From positions 28,875 through 92,874 of the IMG/VR virus record IMGVR_UViG_3300044641_004856: a stretch of DNA of 64,000 bases, one strand, 5' to 3'. This DNA is from a virus. Of this stretch, positions 7,481 to 17,831 are shown one piece after another; position 1 is the stretch's first letter; each line of letters starts with the position of its first letter. The position numbers and the translations under genes were made by a program. The notes beneath the pieces are model-generated. The model saw only the letters and a list, made by a program, of their open reading frames with translations. It had not been told where the DNA came from and searched no databases.

Positions 7481-10195
7481 ATGGCAGAATTAAACGATTC
7501 GTTAAAACAAACCGACGAATTGTTATCCAGCATTGTCAAAAGTCTGACCTCTGCTGAGCAAATAACTAAACGCCTTGAAGGTTCTATGGGTGGAGTTGCT
7601 GGAAAAGCAAAGTCTGCTAAGGGTGGTGGTGACCGACATATCGGTACGGGTCAACATAGCCAAATGCCACACATGGACAAAGTAACTTTTAGTGGACAAG
7701 AAAAAGTTGATAGCACTGCAGAAATTGCTATGCGAGAGGGTATGGAGGCCACTAGATATGGCTTAACCCCTACTCGTGGTCAAAAATTATTGGGAGTTGG
7801 TCAAGGACTTGCACAAGCAACCTTTGGTATTGCTGCTGGAGCAATGGCTGCAATGCCAGGAGTTGCCGAAGTTGGTGCAAGTGCTGGTAACTATTACGGA
7901 GCATCTATTCGTTCTAATATGAGCCGTACTTCAATAATGAATGCCACTTTTGGTGGTTTAGCAGGTGGAGTTACGAGCACTCTTTCTTCTTCAAATATTG
8001 CAAGTATTGCTGCAGCAAGAGGCATTATGCCAGGAAGTGCTCAATACAATGCTTTAGTTGCAGATGTTGGTGGTGCTGCACGGTATATGAACATGGCAAA
8101 TGAAAACGCTATGGTTGCCATGTCTGGTTTTACTCAAGGAGACTTTTCCTCTCGTTTATACAACATTGGTGTTAGCACTTACGATTCAAAAACTGGTAAG
8201 GCTCGAGGCCAAGATGAAATTTTTGGTCAACTCTACGGTCGTCTCACTCAAGGTCAAGGAAAAATGAGTGTAGAAGAGACTATGAATAGTTTTCAAGCAG
8301 GTGGTTTTAACAAAGCAGTTACTGATTTAGGAATGACAGAAGACCAAAGACAACTTTTTATGCAATATTCTGTTGATAGAGCAGCAGGAAAACCAACTGA
8401 TTTATCTAAACTAGGGTACGGACAAAATCCTCTAGCGGATAAAATGCGTATTACCGCATCTGATACATCGGTTTTAAATACGTACACCGAACCCGTATTA
8501 AAAGGACTTAAAGCAGCAGCCGATTTAATTGAGACCACAGTTAATCCTGCATTAGAAAAATTGGCTGGTACTGCAGGAGTGGCATCAGGATTTTTAGGTG
8601 GTATGGGTGAATCACGTGCAGGAATGGGCATGGGTATCGCTGGTGGTGGAATTGTTCAAGGATTGATGACTGCTGGTGGTGCTTTCTTAGGTGCTAAAGG
8701 TGCTCAAGGTCTTTTAGGCAAAGGCGGTTCTAGTGGGGTTAAAGCAGGAGGTTTTAAAGGTCTTTTAGGAAAAGCAGGACTTGCTGGATTAACCTACATG
8801 GGATTAGAGCAAGTACAAAAGTTTTTTAACAAAGCAGATGTTCCAGATGAAATGCGTTATATCGCAAACCTTTTATTTGACGCAGGTCAAGGTGGGTTGA
8901 CTGGATTAGCAACAGGAAACCCTTATGCAGCCCTTGCTGGTACAGTCGCAGGCACTGCTGGTGGTGTTGCAAACCCTTACGGTGGTAAAGGCGGTGGTAC
9001 TCCAGGATTTGGTGCTGCTTTTGGTTCTAGTGGCGTAAATAGTGCAAACCCCTCTTCACCAATTACTAATGGTGGTGTAGGAACACCTTACGGTGCTACG
9101 GGAAGTTTATGGTCTGGGGGAAGTCACACAGGTCAAGATTACCCATGTGCTGTTGGAACTCCTGTTCACGCATCATTAGGTGGAATGGTTATTAATACAA
9201 ACCCTGGTTCAGATTACGGTAAAACTGTAGAAATTGACCACGGAAACGGTTATCAAACTTTGTACGGACATTTATCGGAAGTACTGGTCAAAGTTGGAGA
9301 CACTGTTACGCAAGGACAGTTAATTGCAAAAAGTGGTGACACTGGAAAAGTTACAGGTCCTCACTTGCACTATGAAGTACGTAAAGGAAAAAATAACCCA
9401 GTAAATCCTGATGAATTAAGCAAAGCAGGAGGTTCTGGTTTAGCAGGAGTTCTGGGTGCAAGTGGCAATAATGGAACATCTACTAACGGGCAACAGTTAT
9501 CGGCTATGGTTGGTTCTAAATCTTTACAAGAATTACTAAGTGGGGGTATAGGAAATCTTCCTGCTGAACTTTTGGGTAGTGCTAGTAGTAGTAGTGCTAC
9601 AAGTGGTGGAGCAAAGGTAATCCTTGGAACTGGTAGTGAAAAAGAATGGGCTACTGGTCTTCTTCAAAAAATGGGTGCTCCAGTCAGTGATGCTTCTATA
9701 AATGCTCTTACTACATGGATGCGTCATGAAGGTGGACACTGGAAAAACTCTGCTCACTACAATCCTTTAAATACCACATTAGACATGAGTAACAATGAGT
9801 CTATGAATAGTGTGGGAGTAAAACGCTACAAATCTTGGGAAGAAGGATACGCAGCAACTATAGGAACGTTGACAGGAAAAAATGCTGGGGACCGTGGGTA
9901 TACAGCAATTGTAGATGCTTTAAAGTCAGGTGCTTCGACAGATGCTATTTTAGCAGCAGTAAATAACTCAGCATGGATGACTGGTAAAACGGGAAAAAAC
10001 CCTTATAAGTTCCAAGGTGGAGGCTCACCTTCAGTTGCAACACTTAACTCTTCAGCAGGACTAAATATATCTCCGTCTATCACAATTAATGTAAGCGTTC
10101 AACAAGCATCTTACGCTGAGGCTATGAGTCTTGTTGAAATTGTTAAAACTCAACTTGAAAAAGAAAATTTACTTAGAATAGTAGGTGGGAAATAA
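7481..10195 (+). CDS. Tape measure protein with M23 peptidase and C-terminal lysozyme-like domains
   Basis: Gly/Ala-rich helical N-terminus; M23 motifs HTGQD, YGHL, GPHLHYEVR; WMRHEGG...YNPLNT lysozyme-like region. Confidence 0.85.
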   Translation: MAELNDSLKQTDELLSSIVKSLTSAEQITKRLEGSMGGVAGKAKSAKGGGDRHIGTGQHSQMPHMDKVTFSGQEKVDSTAEIAMREGMEATRYGLTPTRGQKLLGVGQGLAQATFGIAAGAMAAMPGVAEVGASAGNYYGASIRSNMSRTSIMNATFGGLAGGVTSTLSSSNIASIAAARGIMPGSAQYNALVADVGGAARYMNMANENAMVAMSGFTQGDFSSRLYNIGVSTYDSKTGKARGQDEIFGQLYGRLTQGQGKMSVEETMNSFQAGGFNKAVTDLGMTEDQRQLFMQYSVDRAAGKPTDLSKLGYGQNPLADKMRITASDTSVLNTYTEPVLKGLKAAADLIETTVNPALEKLAGTAGVASGFLGGMGESRAGMGMGIAGGGIVQGLMTAGGAFLGAKGAQGLLGKGGSSGVKAGGFKGLLGKAGLAGLTYMGLEQVQKFFNKADVPDEMRYIANLLFDAGQGGLTGLATGNPYAALAGTVAGTAGGVANPYGGKGGGTPGFGAAFGSSGVNSANPSSPITNGGVGTPYGATGSLWSGGSHTGQDYPCAVGTPVHASLGGMVINTNPGSDYGKTVEIDHGNGYQTLYGHLSEVLVKVGDTVTQGQLIAKSGDTGKVTGPHLHYEVRKGKNNPVNPDELSKAGGSGLAGVLGASGNNGTSTNGQQLSAMVGSKSLQELLSGGIGNLPAELLGSASSSSATSGGAKVILGTGSEKEWATGLLQKMGAPVSDASINALTTWMRHEGGHWKNSAHYNPLNTTLDMSNNESMNSVGVKRYKSWEEGYAATIGTLTGKNAGDRGYTAIVDALKSGASTDAILAAVNNSAWMTGKTGKNPYKFQGGGSPSVATLNSSAGLNISPSITINVSVQQASYAEAMSLVEIVKTQLEKENLLRIVGGK

Positions 10196-11523
10196 TGCCT
10201 GACGTAAAGGGTTTAGGTGCTAAAGCAGACCAAGAAAAAAGGTTGGCTGCTTCTCTTAAGGCTGCAGAAGATGCAAATGAGAAAGCAAAATTTGCTAAAA
10301 GCGTAGCGGAAAGGGCTAAGTCTAAAGAAACAACCTTAAAAGGACTAATAGCACAACTTGATTTGCTGCAGGCTGAAAAAACAAGGCTTTCTGGTTTAAG
10401 AACTTTCTATCAAAACAACCTTAATAATTTAATCCTTAGTAATGCCAGTGAAGCAAACATTGCTGCTGCTAAAAAACTTTGGGTTGATACAGATAACTCT
10501 ATTAAAAAAATTGACACTAATATTGCAAAAAAGGCTAAAGAATACGGAGATGCAGCCAATAATGGTAAAGTTTCTGCACGAGCAGGGGCTGCACAGTTTC
10601 GAAAAGAAGCCAAGGTTAGGCAACAATTAGCAAAGGCTAAAAACGACAAAGCCAATCCTAATGGAAGTAAAAATACTAAAGAAGATACTGATGGTGCAAA
10701 TGAAAACCCTATTAGATTTAATGCTCCTATGGTTAGGTCAGCATACTTTGGAACAAACCACCATTCAACTAAGTATTTAACCGCTAAAGGAGCATTACCG
10801 CCTGCTGCTTCACAACTTCTTGCTGACCTCGGTAACTTTGGTGACGGACAAACTAACAGAGGGTTTATTATTCCAAACAAAAGGTCACAAGAGGCAGCCT
10901 TGTCTAAACTAGATGCTAAAGATAAAGCAATAGTTGGTGGGTATAAAGTTCCTTACGGATTTAGGTTTCATTACAATCCTCAATTTGTAACACAATCTTA
11001 CGGTTCCATAACAGGTATTTCCCCAGAATTACTTGAGTCTGGAAAAGACAAGACAAACATGATAACTACTCCTGCTTCTAGTAGTTCAATTTCAATTACC
11101 TTGTACTTAAACAGAATTGAAGACATGAACGCTTTGGCAAACTTTAACGTTAAAGAACCAAGTTATTTTGCTCCCATTAACTCTGATGAGAAATCTCTAA
11201 AGTACTACCCAGAAATAGTTTCAGCATCAGACCGTAAACTAATTAAAGACTTTGGAACAATGTACGATTTAGACTTTCTTTTTAAAACAATAAACGGTGA
11301 TATGGGTGGATACAAAAGCCCATTGCGTGGAATACAAACTGGCGATGTTGGCTGGTTAAACGGTATTGCAGTTGAGGTTCACATGGGAAGAAAACTAAGA
11401 TATTTAGCAAGAGTAACAAACATCAGCGTTAATCATGTTCAGTTCACTGAAAATATGGTTCCAACATTAACTACCGTAGTTCTTACTATGGCACGGTTTC
11501 ATGATGCAATGGTTAAGGATTAA
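10195..11523 (+). CDS. Baseplate tube-initiator-like protein with N-terminal coiled coil
   Basis: GFRFHYNPQFVTQSY...ITLYLNR...HVQFTENMVP; follows the tape measure gene. Confidence 0.55.
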   Translation: MPDVKGLGAKADQEKRLAASLKAAEDANEKAKFAKSVAERAKSKETTLKGLIAQLDLLQAEKTRLSGLRTFYQNNLNNLILSNASEANIAAAKKLWVDTDNSIKKIDTNIAKKAKEYGDAANNGKVSARAGAAQFRKEAKVRQQLAKAKNDKANPNGSKNTKEDTDGANENPIRFNAPMVRSAYFGTNHHSTKYLTAKGALPPAASQLLADLGNFGDGQTNRGFIIPNKRSQEAALSKLDAKDKAIVGGYKVPYGFRFHYNPQFVTQSYGSITGISPELLESGKDKTNMITTPASSSSISITLYLNRIEDMNALANFNVKEPSYFAPINSDEKSLKYYPEIVSASDRKLIKDFGTMYDLDFLFKTINGDMGGYKSPLRGIQTGDVGWLNGIAVEVHMGRKLRYLARVTNISVNHVQFTENMVPTLTTVVLTMARFHDAMVKD

Positions 11524-11525
11524 AA

Positions 11526-11807
11526 GTGATTCCTTTATCTAGTAGATACGCTGATGGCCTTTTGTTAAAGGCTTACCACCCAGTCAAATTAAGTTTTGAA
11601 GTTGGTGTTTATCGTGTTTTCCCTAATAACGTCTCTGGAGTTTTTTACTACTCTTGGGTAGAAGGTGACCGCCTTGATATTTTAGCAAGCAGATTTTTGG
11701 GTGACTCTCGTCTTTGGTGGGTTATCATGGACTATAACGATGACATCCATAGTCCTTTTGAATTAGTTCCTGGTCAACAGTTAAGGATTCCAGTTCATGT
11801 CTTATAA
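11526..11807 (+). CDS. LysM-like baseplate protein (tail X / gp53-like)
   Basis: EGDRLDILASRFLGDSRLWWVIMDYN...GQQLRIP. Confidence 0.85.
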   Translation: MIPLSSRYADGLLLKAYHPVKLSFEVGVYRVFPNNVSGVFYYSWVEGDRLDILASRFLGDSRLWWVIMDYNDDIHSPFELVPGQQLRIPVHVL

Positions 11808-13044
11808 TCAAAAGTATTCTTCACGTGAACACAACTCTTTTTCTGTAGAGTTTCCTGATTATCCAACTTTTGGTTTTTCTGCTGACAATATAACGTTAGA
11901 ACAAAAAGTTAATACTCACGACGTTCTTACTATAGCCTTTACAAATTTTAATTTGGCTATGCTAAAAGGGCTAAAAACACAATCGCCAGTAGTCGTTAAT
12001 TGGAAAACTTCTAATCAAGTACGTGGAACTTTTTATGGGGTTGTTTACGGAGTCCAAAGAACTCATGCTGTTCAATCCAGCAAAGACGTTCAAATTATTT
12101 GTTTAGGGTTGACTTTTTTAATGAAAGAGTCGAGGTCTGGTATTTGGACAAATAAAACAATTAATGAAGTAGTTAGTATTGTTGCAAAAAGAAACAAACT
12201 AAAAGCAGTAGTTAGTGGTCATCCAGCAAGATACTCTCAGATTACACAACAAGGAGAAAGTGATTGGGAGTTTTTACAAAGACTAGCGGATGATAGTGGC
12301 TATACCATCGCTATTAAAGATAAAACTATTCTCTTTAGAACCATTGACGAAATTGTTTCTGAGTCTATTGGTGGAATGCCTATTTTATACCAAGAGCAAA
12401 CCTTTATGCCAGCATTTTCTAGCCTACAAGAACAAACACTAGATAGACTGACTCCGTTGTATGGAGACTACTTAGAAAGCCCTGACTTGCCTAACAACTC
12501 TAACAAAATTACTAGAGGTGTTGACCCGATAAAAGCACTTACGTTTACTTCTACTGAGTCACCAAAAAATAAACAACAAACAAGAAAAGTTAAATCTGAC
12601 CCCATTTTCAACCAAGAACTTACTAACGTAGTTGTTAATACAAAAGAATTCTCTCAATCTGTAGCAAAAGCAAAGGCTGCTAAAGCACGTTTTAACATAC
12701 CTGCAAAATTTAAAAGCCAAGGTGACCCACGAATAGTTCCAAATTCTTTGGTAGAAGTTAAGGGGATACTAGGAGATGCCGATGGCTATTGGTTAGTACA
12801 CAAGGTTACTCACTACATAAACGTTAATGGTGTGTACCAATGTAACGGCACTTTGCTTAGTGACGGTAAAGAACAAAATTATAGAAAACAACCTAACACA
12901 AATACACAGCCTGATAGTCCGTATGTAAACATACAGGCTGTACTAAAAAACCAAACCGCAACAAAAAATAAACCTTCGTATACCGCACCAACAATTTTGT
13001 TTAAAAATGGAAAAGCCACAACACTAACTGGGAAATGGAGTTAA
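11797..13044 (+). CDS. Baseplate hub (gpD / gp27 / VgrG N-terminal-like)
   Basis: QQGESDWEFLQRLA, GDPRI, GYWLVHKVTH. Confidence 0.85.
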   Translation: MSYNQKYSSREHNSFSVEFPDYPTFGFSADNITLEQKVNTHDVLTIAFTNFNLAMLKGLKTQSPVVVNWKTSNQVRGTFYGVVYGVQRTHAVQSSKDVQIICLGLTFLMKESRSGIWTNKTINEVVSIVAKRNKLKAVVSGHPARYSQITQQGESDWEFLQRLADDSGYTIAIKDKTILFRTIDEIVSESIGGMPILYQEQTFMPAFSSLQEQTLDRLTPLYGDYLESPDLPNNSNKITRGVDPIKALTFTSTESPKNKQQTRKVKSDPIFNQELTNVVVNTKEFSQSVAKAKAAKARFNIPAKFKSQGDPRIVPNSLVEVKGILGDADGYWLVHKVTHYINVNGVYQCNGTLLSDGKEQNYRKQPNTNTQPDSPYVNIQAVLKNQTATKNKPSYTAPTILFKNGKATTLTGKWS

Positions 13045-13046
13045 GC

Positions 13047-13451
13047 ATGTCGTATGAATCCGCAATAAGTTTTCCAATTCGCTTAGACAGTTATGGGAAT
13101 CTTGCAACCACGGTTGACCCTAGTAAAATTTGGGCTGATAGAGTAACCTCTGTAATCGGTACTATGGTTGGTGAAAGAATCAATCGTCCAAATTTTGGAA
13201 CACGTATTGCTCGTCAATGGATGAATGGATTGAGCGGTATTCAAGGGGATATAGAGTCTGAAATTCAACAGGCGTTTATATCGTTTCTTCCTTTACTAAA
13301 CTTGCTTGAAACTTCTTTTGAACACGACGATGCAAATGGGTCTCTTAAAGTTATACTTACCTACGCACTACCAAACGATAAGGAAGAGTCTACTGTAATT
13401 GCTCTTGTCAGTATTGGCAATAAACAACCTCAGTATCAGGAGAACATCTAA
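13047..13451 (+). CDS. Baseplate wedge protein, gp25/GPW family
   Basis: ISFPIR, GERINRPNFGT. Confidence 0.88.
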   Translation: MSYESAISFPIRLDSYGNLATTVDPSKIWADRVTSVIGTMVGERINRPNFGTRIARQWMNGLSGIQGDIESEIQQAFISFLPLLNLLETSFEHDDANGSLKVILTYALPNDKEESTVIALVSIGNKQPQYQENI

Positions 13452-15004
13452 TGGCAATTAATCAAATCCCAATAACAATTGACTATACAAGCAGGGACTA
13501 TGAAGCCCTTCGTGAAGAATTAGTTGCTCGAATTAAGGAACGAATTCCTGAATGGAATGGTTCCGATAATGGTGACTTCGGCGTAGTTTTAGCAGAAGCA
13601 TTTGCTTACATGGGAGATGTTGCAAACTACTACATTGACCGAATTGCTAACGAGTCTTTTTTATCAACAGCAACTCAACGCGAAAGTATTTTAGCAATTG
13701 CGGAGACGTATGGTTACGTGCCTTCTGGGTATAAAAATGCTTCAGTCGATGTTGTTTTTTATAATAACTCTGCTTCTGCTGTAACTATTCCAGCAGAAAC
13801 TCGTATAGATGGCGAAGTAATTGCAAATGACACGGTAGAAACAGTCACTTTTACAACAACAGACAGCCTTATAGTTCCACCATTTTCTAATCAAGCACGA
13901 GGTGAAGCCACAGTTCTTGCGTATCAAGGAAAGTTAAATACTGTTGAAGCAAACGATGTTTATGGTGTTCTACTCGGAACCTCGGATGCAGAACCTTCTC
14001 AAACTTTTATTATTGATGACTTCCCAGTTGTAACTAATAGCGTTGAAATATACGTTCAGGGAGGAACTGCTTGGAAAAAATGGCAGAGAGTAACTCATTT
14101 AATTGATTTTAGTGCAAATGATGCAGTCTTTACTACGCGTTTAACACCAGATAATGAAGTAATCGTTCTTTTTGGAGATGGTATCTCTGGAGCAATTCCT
14201 ACATACCAATCAGCAATTAGAGCAAAATATGTTGTAGGTGGAGGAAATTCAGGGAATGTCCCAAGCGGTACTTTAATTAATATTGCCCGTGTTCCTGGTC
14301 TTTCACAAACACAGGTTTCTGCTTTAAACGGTGTAATAGACGTTAATAACGTAAATGCTGCTGTTGGAGGAAACGAGCCAGAAGATAATGAATCTATTCG
14401 TGCTGGTGCACCATTATTTTTACGCACTCAAAACAGAGCAGTAACCCTCGATGATTTTCAAAATTTAGCCTTGTCTGTCGAAAATTGCGGTAAAGCAAAA
14501 GCAGTTGGAACATCTGCTACTGCTGTAACTTTGTATGTTGCTCCATACCGTGATTTTTCTGACTTTGATGCTACTCCTGGTATTGAAATAATCAGTAACG
14601 TACCAACTGCAACTCTTGAGTGGAACCTGTTAAAAACAGACGTACAAAACTTTTTAGCAAATAAAATGCTTGTTGGAACAACTTTAAGTGTTGTTAAGCC
14701 TGTTTACGTTCCAGTAACAATGAACCTTCAATACACTCGAGAGCCAGAATTTAGCCAAACTGTTGTTGAAAAATCAATAAAAGCAGCAATCGTTGAAAAC
14801 TACTCGTATAACTTTGTTGATTTTGGACAAGAACTAACTATTCAAAATGTCGAATCTCTTCTTCAAACCGTTGAAGGTGTAAAATTTGCTAAATGTAGGT
14901 TTCTTTATAAAACAGGTGGAACCCCAAGTTTAGCAGCCATTTCTGCTTTACCGAATGAAATATTTACTTTTGCTGAACCAGATGTGGTGCTTGAGGTTCT
15001 TTAA
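13451..15004 (+). CDS. Baseplate J-like wedge protein
   Basis: IDYTSRDYEALR, YYIDRIANESFLSTA, FGDG, RAVTLDDF. Confidence 0.92.
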   Translation: MAINQIPITIDYTSRDYEALREELVARIKERIPEWNGSDNGDFGVVLAEAFAYMGDVANYYIDRIANESFLSTATQRESILAIAETYGYVPSGYKNASVDVVFYNNSASAVTIPAETRIDGEVIANDTVETVTFTTTDSLIVPPFSNQARGEATVLAYQGKLNTVEANDVYGVLLGTSDAEPSQTFIIDDFPVVTNSVEIYVQGGTAWKKWQRVTHLIDFSANDAVFTTRLTPDNEVIVLFGDGISGAIPTYQSAIRAKYVVGGGNSGNVPSGTLINIARVPGLSQTQVSALNGVIDVNNVNAAVGGNEPEDNESIRAGAPLFLRTQNRAVTLDDFQNLALSVENCGKAKAVGTSATAVTLYVAPYRDFSDFDATPGIEIISNVPTATLEWNLLKTDVQNFLANKMLVGTTLSVVKPVYVPVTMNLQYTREPEFSQTVVEKSIKAAIVENYSYNFVDFGQELTIQNVESLLQTVEGVKFAKCRFLYKTGGTPSLAAISALPNEIFTFAEPDVVLEVL

Positions 15005-15474
15005 TGAATAACGAGTACACGGGAACTTACCGAGGTGTCGTTACTAAAAATAAAGACACTGATGGTCACAGGCGAATTAAGTGTAAGGTTCCTCAATTAT
15101 TTGGTGACGCAGAACTAAATTGGGCATGGCCTTTAGAAACATCAAGCCTTAAAACACAAGTTCCAGATGTTGGTGAAGGTGTTTGGATTGCCTTTGAAGG
15201 TGGAGACCCAGGCTACCCAATTTGGAGTGGCAACTTTGGAAAACCAAAAAACGGTAAGCGAGTAAATGTTAAGGTCTTGTCAGACTCCGTTTCTTTAACT
15301 GGACTGACCCCTTATTTTAAAACCGAACGTACTGCAAATGGGACTACAGAGATTGACCTTGTTGCTACCTTACTAGCCATGGCTGCTGCTTTAAAAGACC
15401 ACGAAACACGCATTGCTACCTTAGAAACTCAGATAACTCAGAAAGCAAACGTTAGCCACAGCCATCCTGCCTAG
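15004..15474 (+). CDS. Baseplate spike protein (gp5/gpV OB-fold)
   Basis: GTYRGVV...RIKCKVPQL...WAWP...PDVGEGVWIAFEGGDPGYPIW; C-terminal HSH. Confidence 0.85.
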   Translation: MNNEYTGTYRGVVTKNKDTDGHRRIKCKVPQLFGDAELNWAWPLETSSLKTQVPDVGEGVWIAFEGGDPGYPIWSGNFGKPKNGKRVNVKVLSDSVSLTGLTPYFKTERTANGTTEIDLVATLLAMAAALKDHETRIATLETQITQKANVSHSHPA

Positions 15475-15550
15475 TCATTCATAGCCTGTTTAGGGAGTCA
15501 AACTCCTTGTTTAACGTCAAAATTGACCTTAGTCGTTTAGGAGAATAATT

Positions 15551-16219
15551 ATGCCCGCTTCGTATCCCGCAGGTGTCAAAGGTTTTACTACCAAGGTTGA
15601 CTTTACCGACCTCGTATTAGCCGACCACGTTAATGCTCTACAAGATGAAGTTCGTGCTCTACAAGCAACTATTGGCACAGACCCACAAGTAAGTAGTGGT
15701 TGGGTTGGAACTCTCGATAAAACAACCCAAACTTGGGCAACGTTAAAAGCACGTATTGCAAATCTTGAGTACGGAGTAGTTAACGACTCACACACCCAGT
15801 ACACACATAACACTGGTGGAGATACTATTCAGGCTAATGGTGCAACCATTATTCCTCTTAAACTAAAAGGTTTTACTAGCCAAACAGCAGACTTACTAAG
15901 ATTTGAAAACTCAGCAGGAACAACCTTAACTAAAGTTGATAAAGACGGAAAACTTTTCATTAACAATCAAGAAATCAAACCTGTTCTTCATCAACAGGCT
16001 CAACCAGATGGTGTGGCATTAGGATTACCTCAAGGAACTCTTTGGGTAGATTCTGATTCAAACCCTGCAGTTTTATCTGTGGACACAACTATTCAAATTA
16101 CTGGTGGAACCCTAACTGGTGACCAAGCATTGACTTCCCGCCTTCGTAATATCACCGTGTCTACTTCTGACCCAACTGGCGGAAATAACGGAGATATTTG
16201 GCTTAAGTACACTGTGTAG
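15551..16219 (+). CDS. Putative tail fibre / adaptor protein
   Basis: ADHVNALQDEVRALQ coiled coil; GTLWVDS and STSDPTGGNNGDIWL modules common in phage fibre proteins. Confidence 0.6.
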   Translation: MPASYPAGVKGFTTKVDFTDLVLADHVNALQDEVRALQATIGTDPQVSSGWVGTLDKTTQTWATLKARIANLEYGVVNDSHTQYTHNTGGDTIQANGATIIPLKLKGFTSQTADLLRFENSAGTTLTKVDKDGKLFINNQEIKPVLHQQAQPDGVALGLPQGTLWVDSDSNPAVLSVDTTIQITGGTLTGDQALTSRLRNITVSTSDPTGGNNGDIWLKYTV

Positions 16220-16230
16220 GTCTAGGTACT

Positions 16231-17547
16231 ATGCCTATTCAGATTAAAGTCGCCAACAATTACGTTTCTTCAGGCTCTGCGTTTTTTAAAAGCGGTGGTG
16301 CTTGGATAAAGGCTAAAGAAGGTTACGTAAAAGTTGAAGGCACTTGGCGTAAGTTTTTTGTGTCGGAGTTTAAAGACTTCTTTGAAAGAGCAAACGCTTC
16401 AACATTAGGCACTTCTCCTACTGGACAAGCCTGGACAGTTGGTAGAGGCACTTGGAACATACTTGATGGTAAAGCACAAATTGCTACAGCAAAGTCAACA
16501 TACCCAATTGCTTTAGTTGATGTTGGACTAACAGATTTTGAACTACAGGCAAATGACATGGTTCCAGGAGTTGGCGTAATAATTAGGGCAGAGTCTTCTA
16601 CTACTTGGTGGGGCTTAGTTGGTTGGAATAACCAAGTTGCTTACACATATTCTTTTTGCCCACAAGCACTCGTTAATCAAGGCTACTGCATTGTAGATAA
16701 TATTTGCCAGCAAACAATTTGTCCTGGTGGGTATCAAACAGGGCAAAATTGTTCCCAAGGTCCTTGTTTAGTGCGTGAGCCAGACCAATTAGTTGGTATT
16801 GATTGTACGTATGCTTACTATCCAGGAACAACAACCTGTACTCCCGTCTCTACGCCACAAACAACTTGCCAAAACGTATGCATTAAAAACTGTACTAAAA
16901 CAACTTGTACACCAGGAAAAACAACCTGTACCAACTACCCTAAATGGGGAAGACAGTGTTACACCAGTGAACCAACCTGTACCTCTTCCTCTTTCTGTTG
17001 TGATAGAGATACGGTATGCAGTACAACAATTGTTATAACGCAATCTTGCACAACATCAGCAGGTAGTTATCGAGAAACGTGTGCTGGGTACTCTAGTCAG
17101 CAAGGAGCGTGTACCTCCTATGGTGCAGACGTTTGTACATCTTTTTCAACTTGTCCTGGTGGAACTACAACTCAAAACGTTGTCTGCGGTTACCCAGACT
17201 GTGCACAACTAGGTTCACGTCAAGTATGCCCAGTTGCAGAACAAACGGCGACTGGATACAATTACTTCTATAAACTTTACCTAATTAAGTCTGTAAATGG
17301 CGTTATAACCGTAGAACAACAATTTGATATTGGGGAAAACTTCAAGGCTCTTGGTGTGCTTGGAGTCGGTCCTAACTTAGCAGTAAACGTGTATAGAGAT
17401 AACGCCTATAACGACCAGATTAAGGTGTTGAGTTACTCGTCGTTTACCTCCCCAGCAGGAAGTAACTTCGGTATATTTGGCTATCCTTCAAATTACCAAG
17501 AAGGTAATACAATTGGTTCAATACAAGTAAAGCAACCAGGAGCATAA
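16231..17547 (+). CDS. Cys-rich putative tail fibre / receptor-binding protein
   Basis: N-terminal KSGGAW..YVKVEGTWRK fibre-attachment motif; beta-rich domain interrupted by a 191-aa Thr/Cys-rich insert. Confidence 0.6.
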   Translation: MPIQIKVANNYVSSGSAFFKSGGAWIKAKEGYVKVEGTWRKFFVSEFKDFFERANASTLGTSPTGQAWTVGRGTWNILDGKAQIATAKSTYPIALVDVGLTDFELQANDMVPGVGVIIRAESSTTWWGLVGWNNQVAYTYSFCPQALVNQGYCIVDNICQQTICPGGYQTGQNCSQGPCLVREPDQLVGIDCTYAYYPGTTTCTPVSTPQTTCQNVCIKNCTKTTCTPGKTTCTNYPKWGRQCYTSEPTCTSSSFCCDRDTVCSTTIVITQSCTTSAGSYRETCAGYSSQQGACTSYGADVCTSFSTCPGGTTTQNVVCGYPDCAQLGSRQVCPVAEQTATGYNYFYKLYLIKSVNGVITVEQQFDIGENFKALGVLGVGPNLAVNVYRDNAYNDQIKVLSYSSFTSPAGSNFGIFGYPSNYQEGNTIGSIQVKQPGA

Positions 17548-17548
17548 T

Positions 17549-17830
17549 ATGAGTGAAAAAAGTCCGTGGCAGTTATGGAAAGAAAAAAACCCAGGTGATG
17601 CTGTTCGTCCATGGGATTTACTAAATCCTAATGTAAAGCGAGTCGACGATGAAACTCGGGATTACCGACTTAACCATTGTCTAGGATGCAAACATTTAAT
17701 TAAAGCCACTAAAACATGTACTAAATGTGGCTGTTTTATGACAGAAAAAACTAAATTAGCCCATGCTTCATGCCCCATTGGACTATGGGGTGCTGTTACT
17801 ATAGAACCTACAAACACAGAAGGAGAATAA
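17549..17830 (+). CDS. Small Cys-motif protein (DUF6171-like)
   Basis: RLNHCLGC...TCTKCGCF...KTKL..ASCPIGLW. Confidence 0.65.
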   Translation: MSEKSPWQLWKEKNPGDAVRPWDLLNPNVKRVDDETRDYRLNHCLGCKHLIKATKTCTKCGCFMTEKTKLAHASCPIGLWGAVTIEPTNTEGE

Positions 17831-17831
17831 A

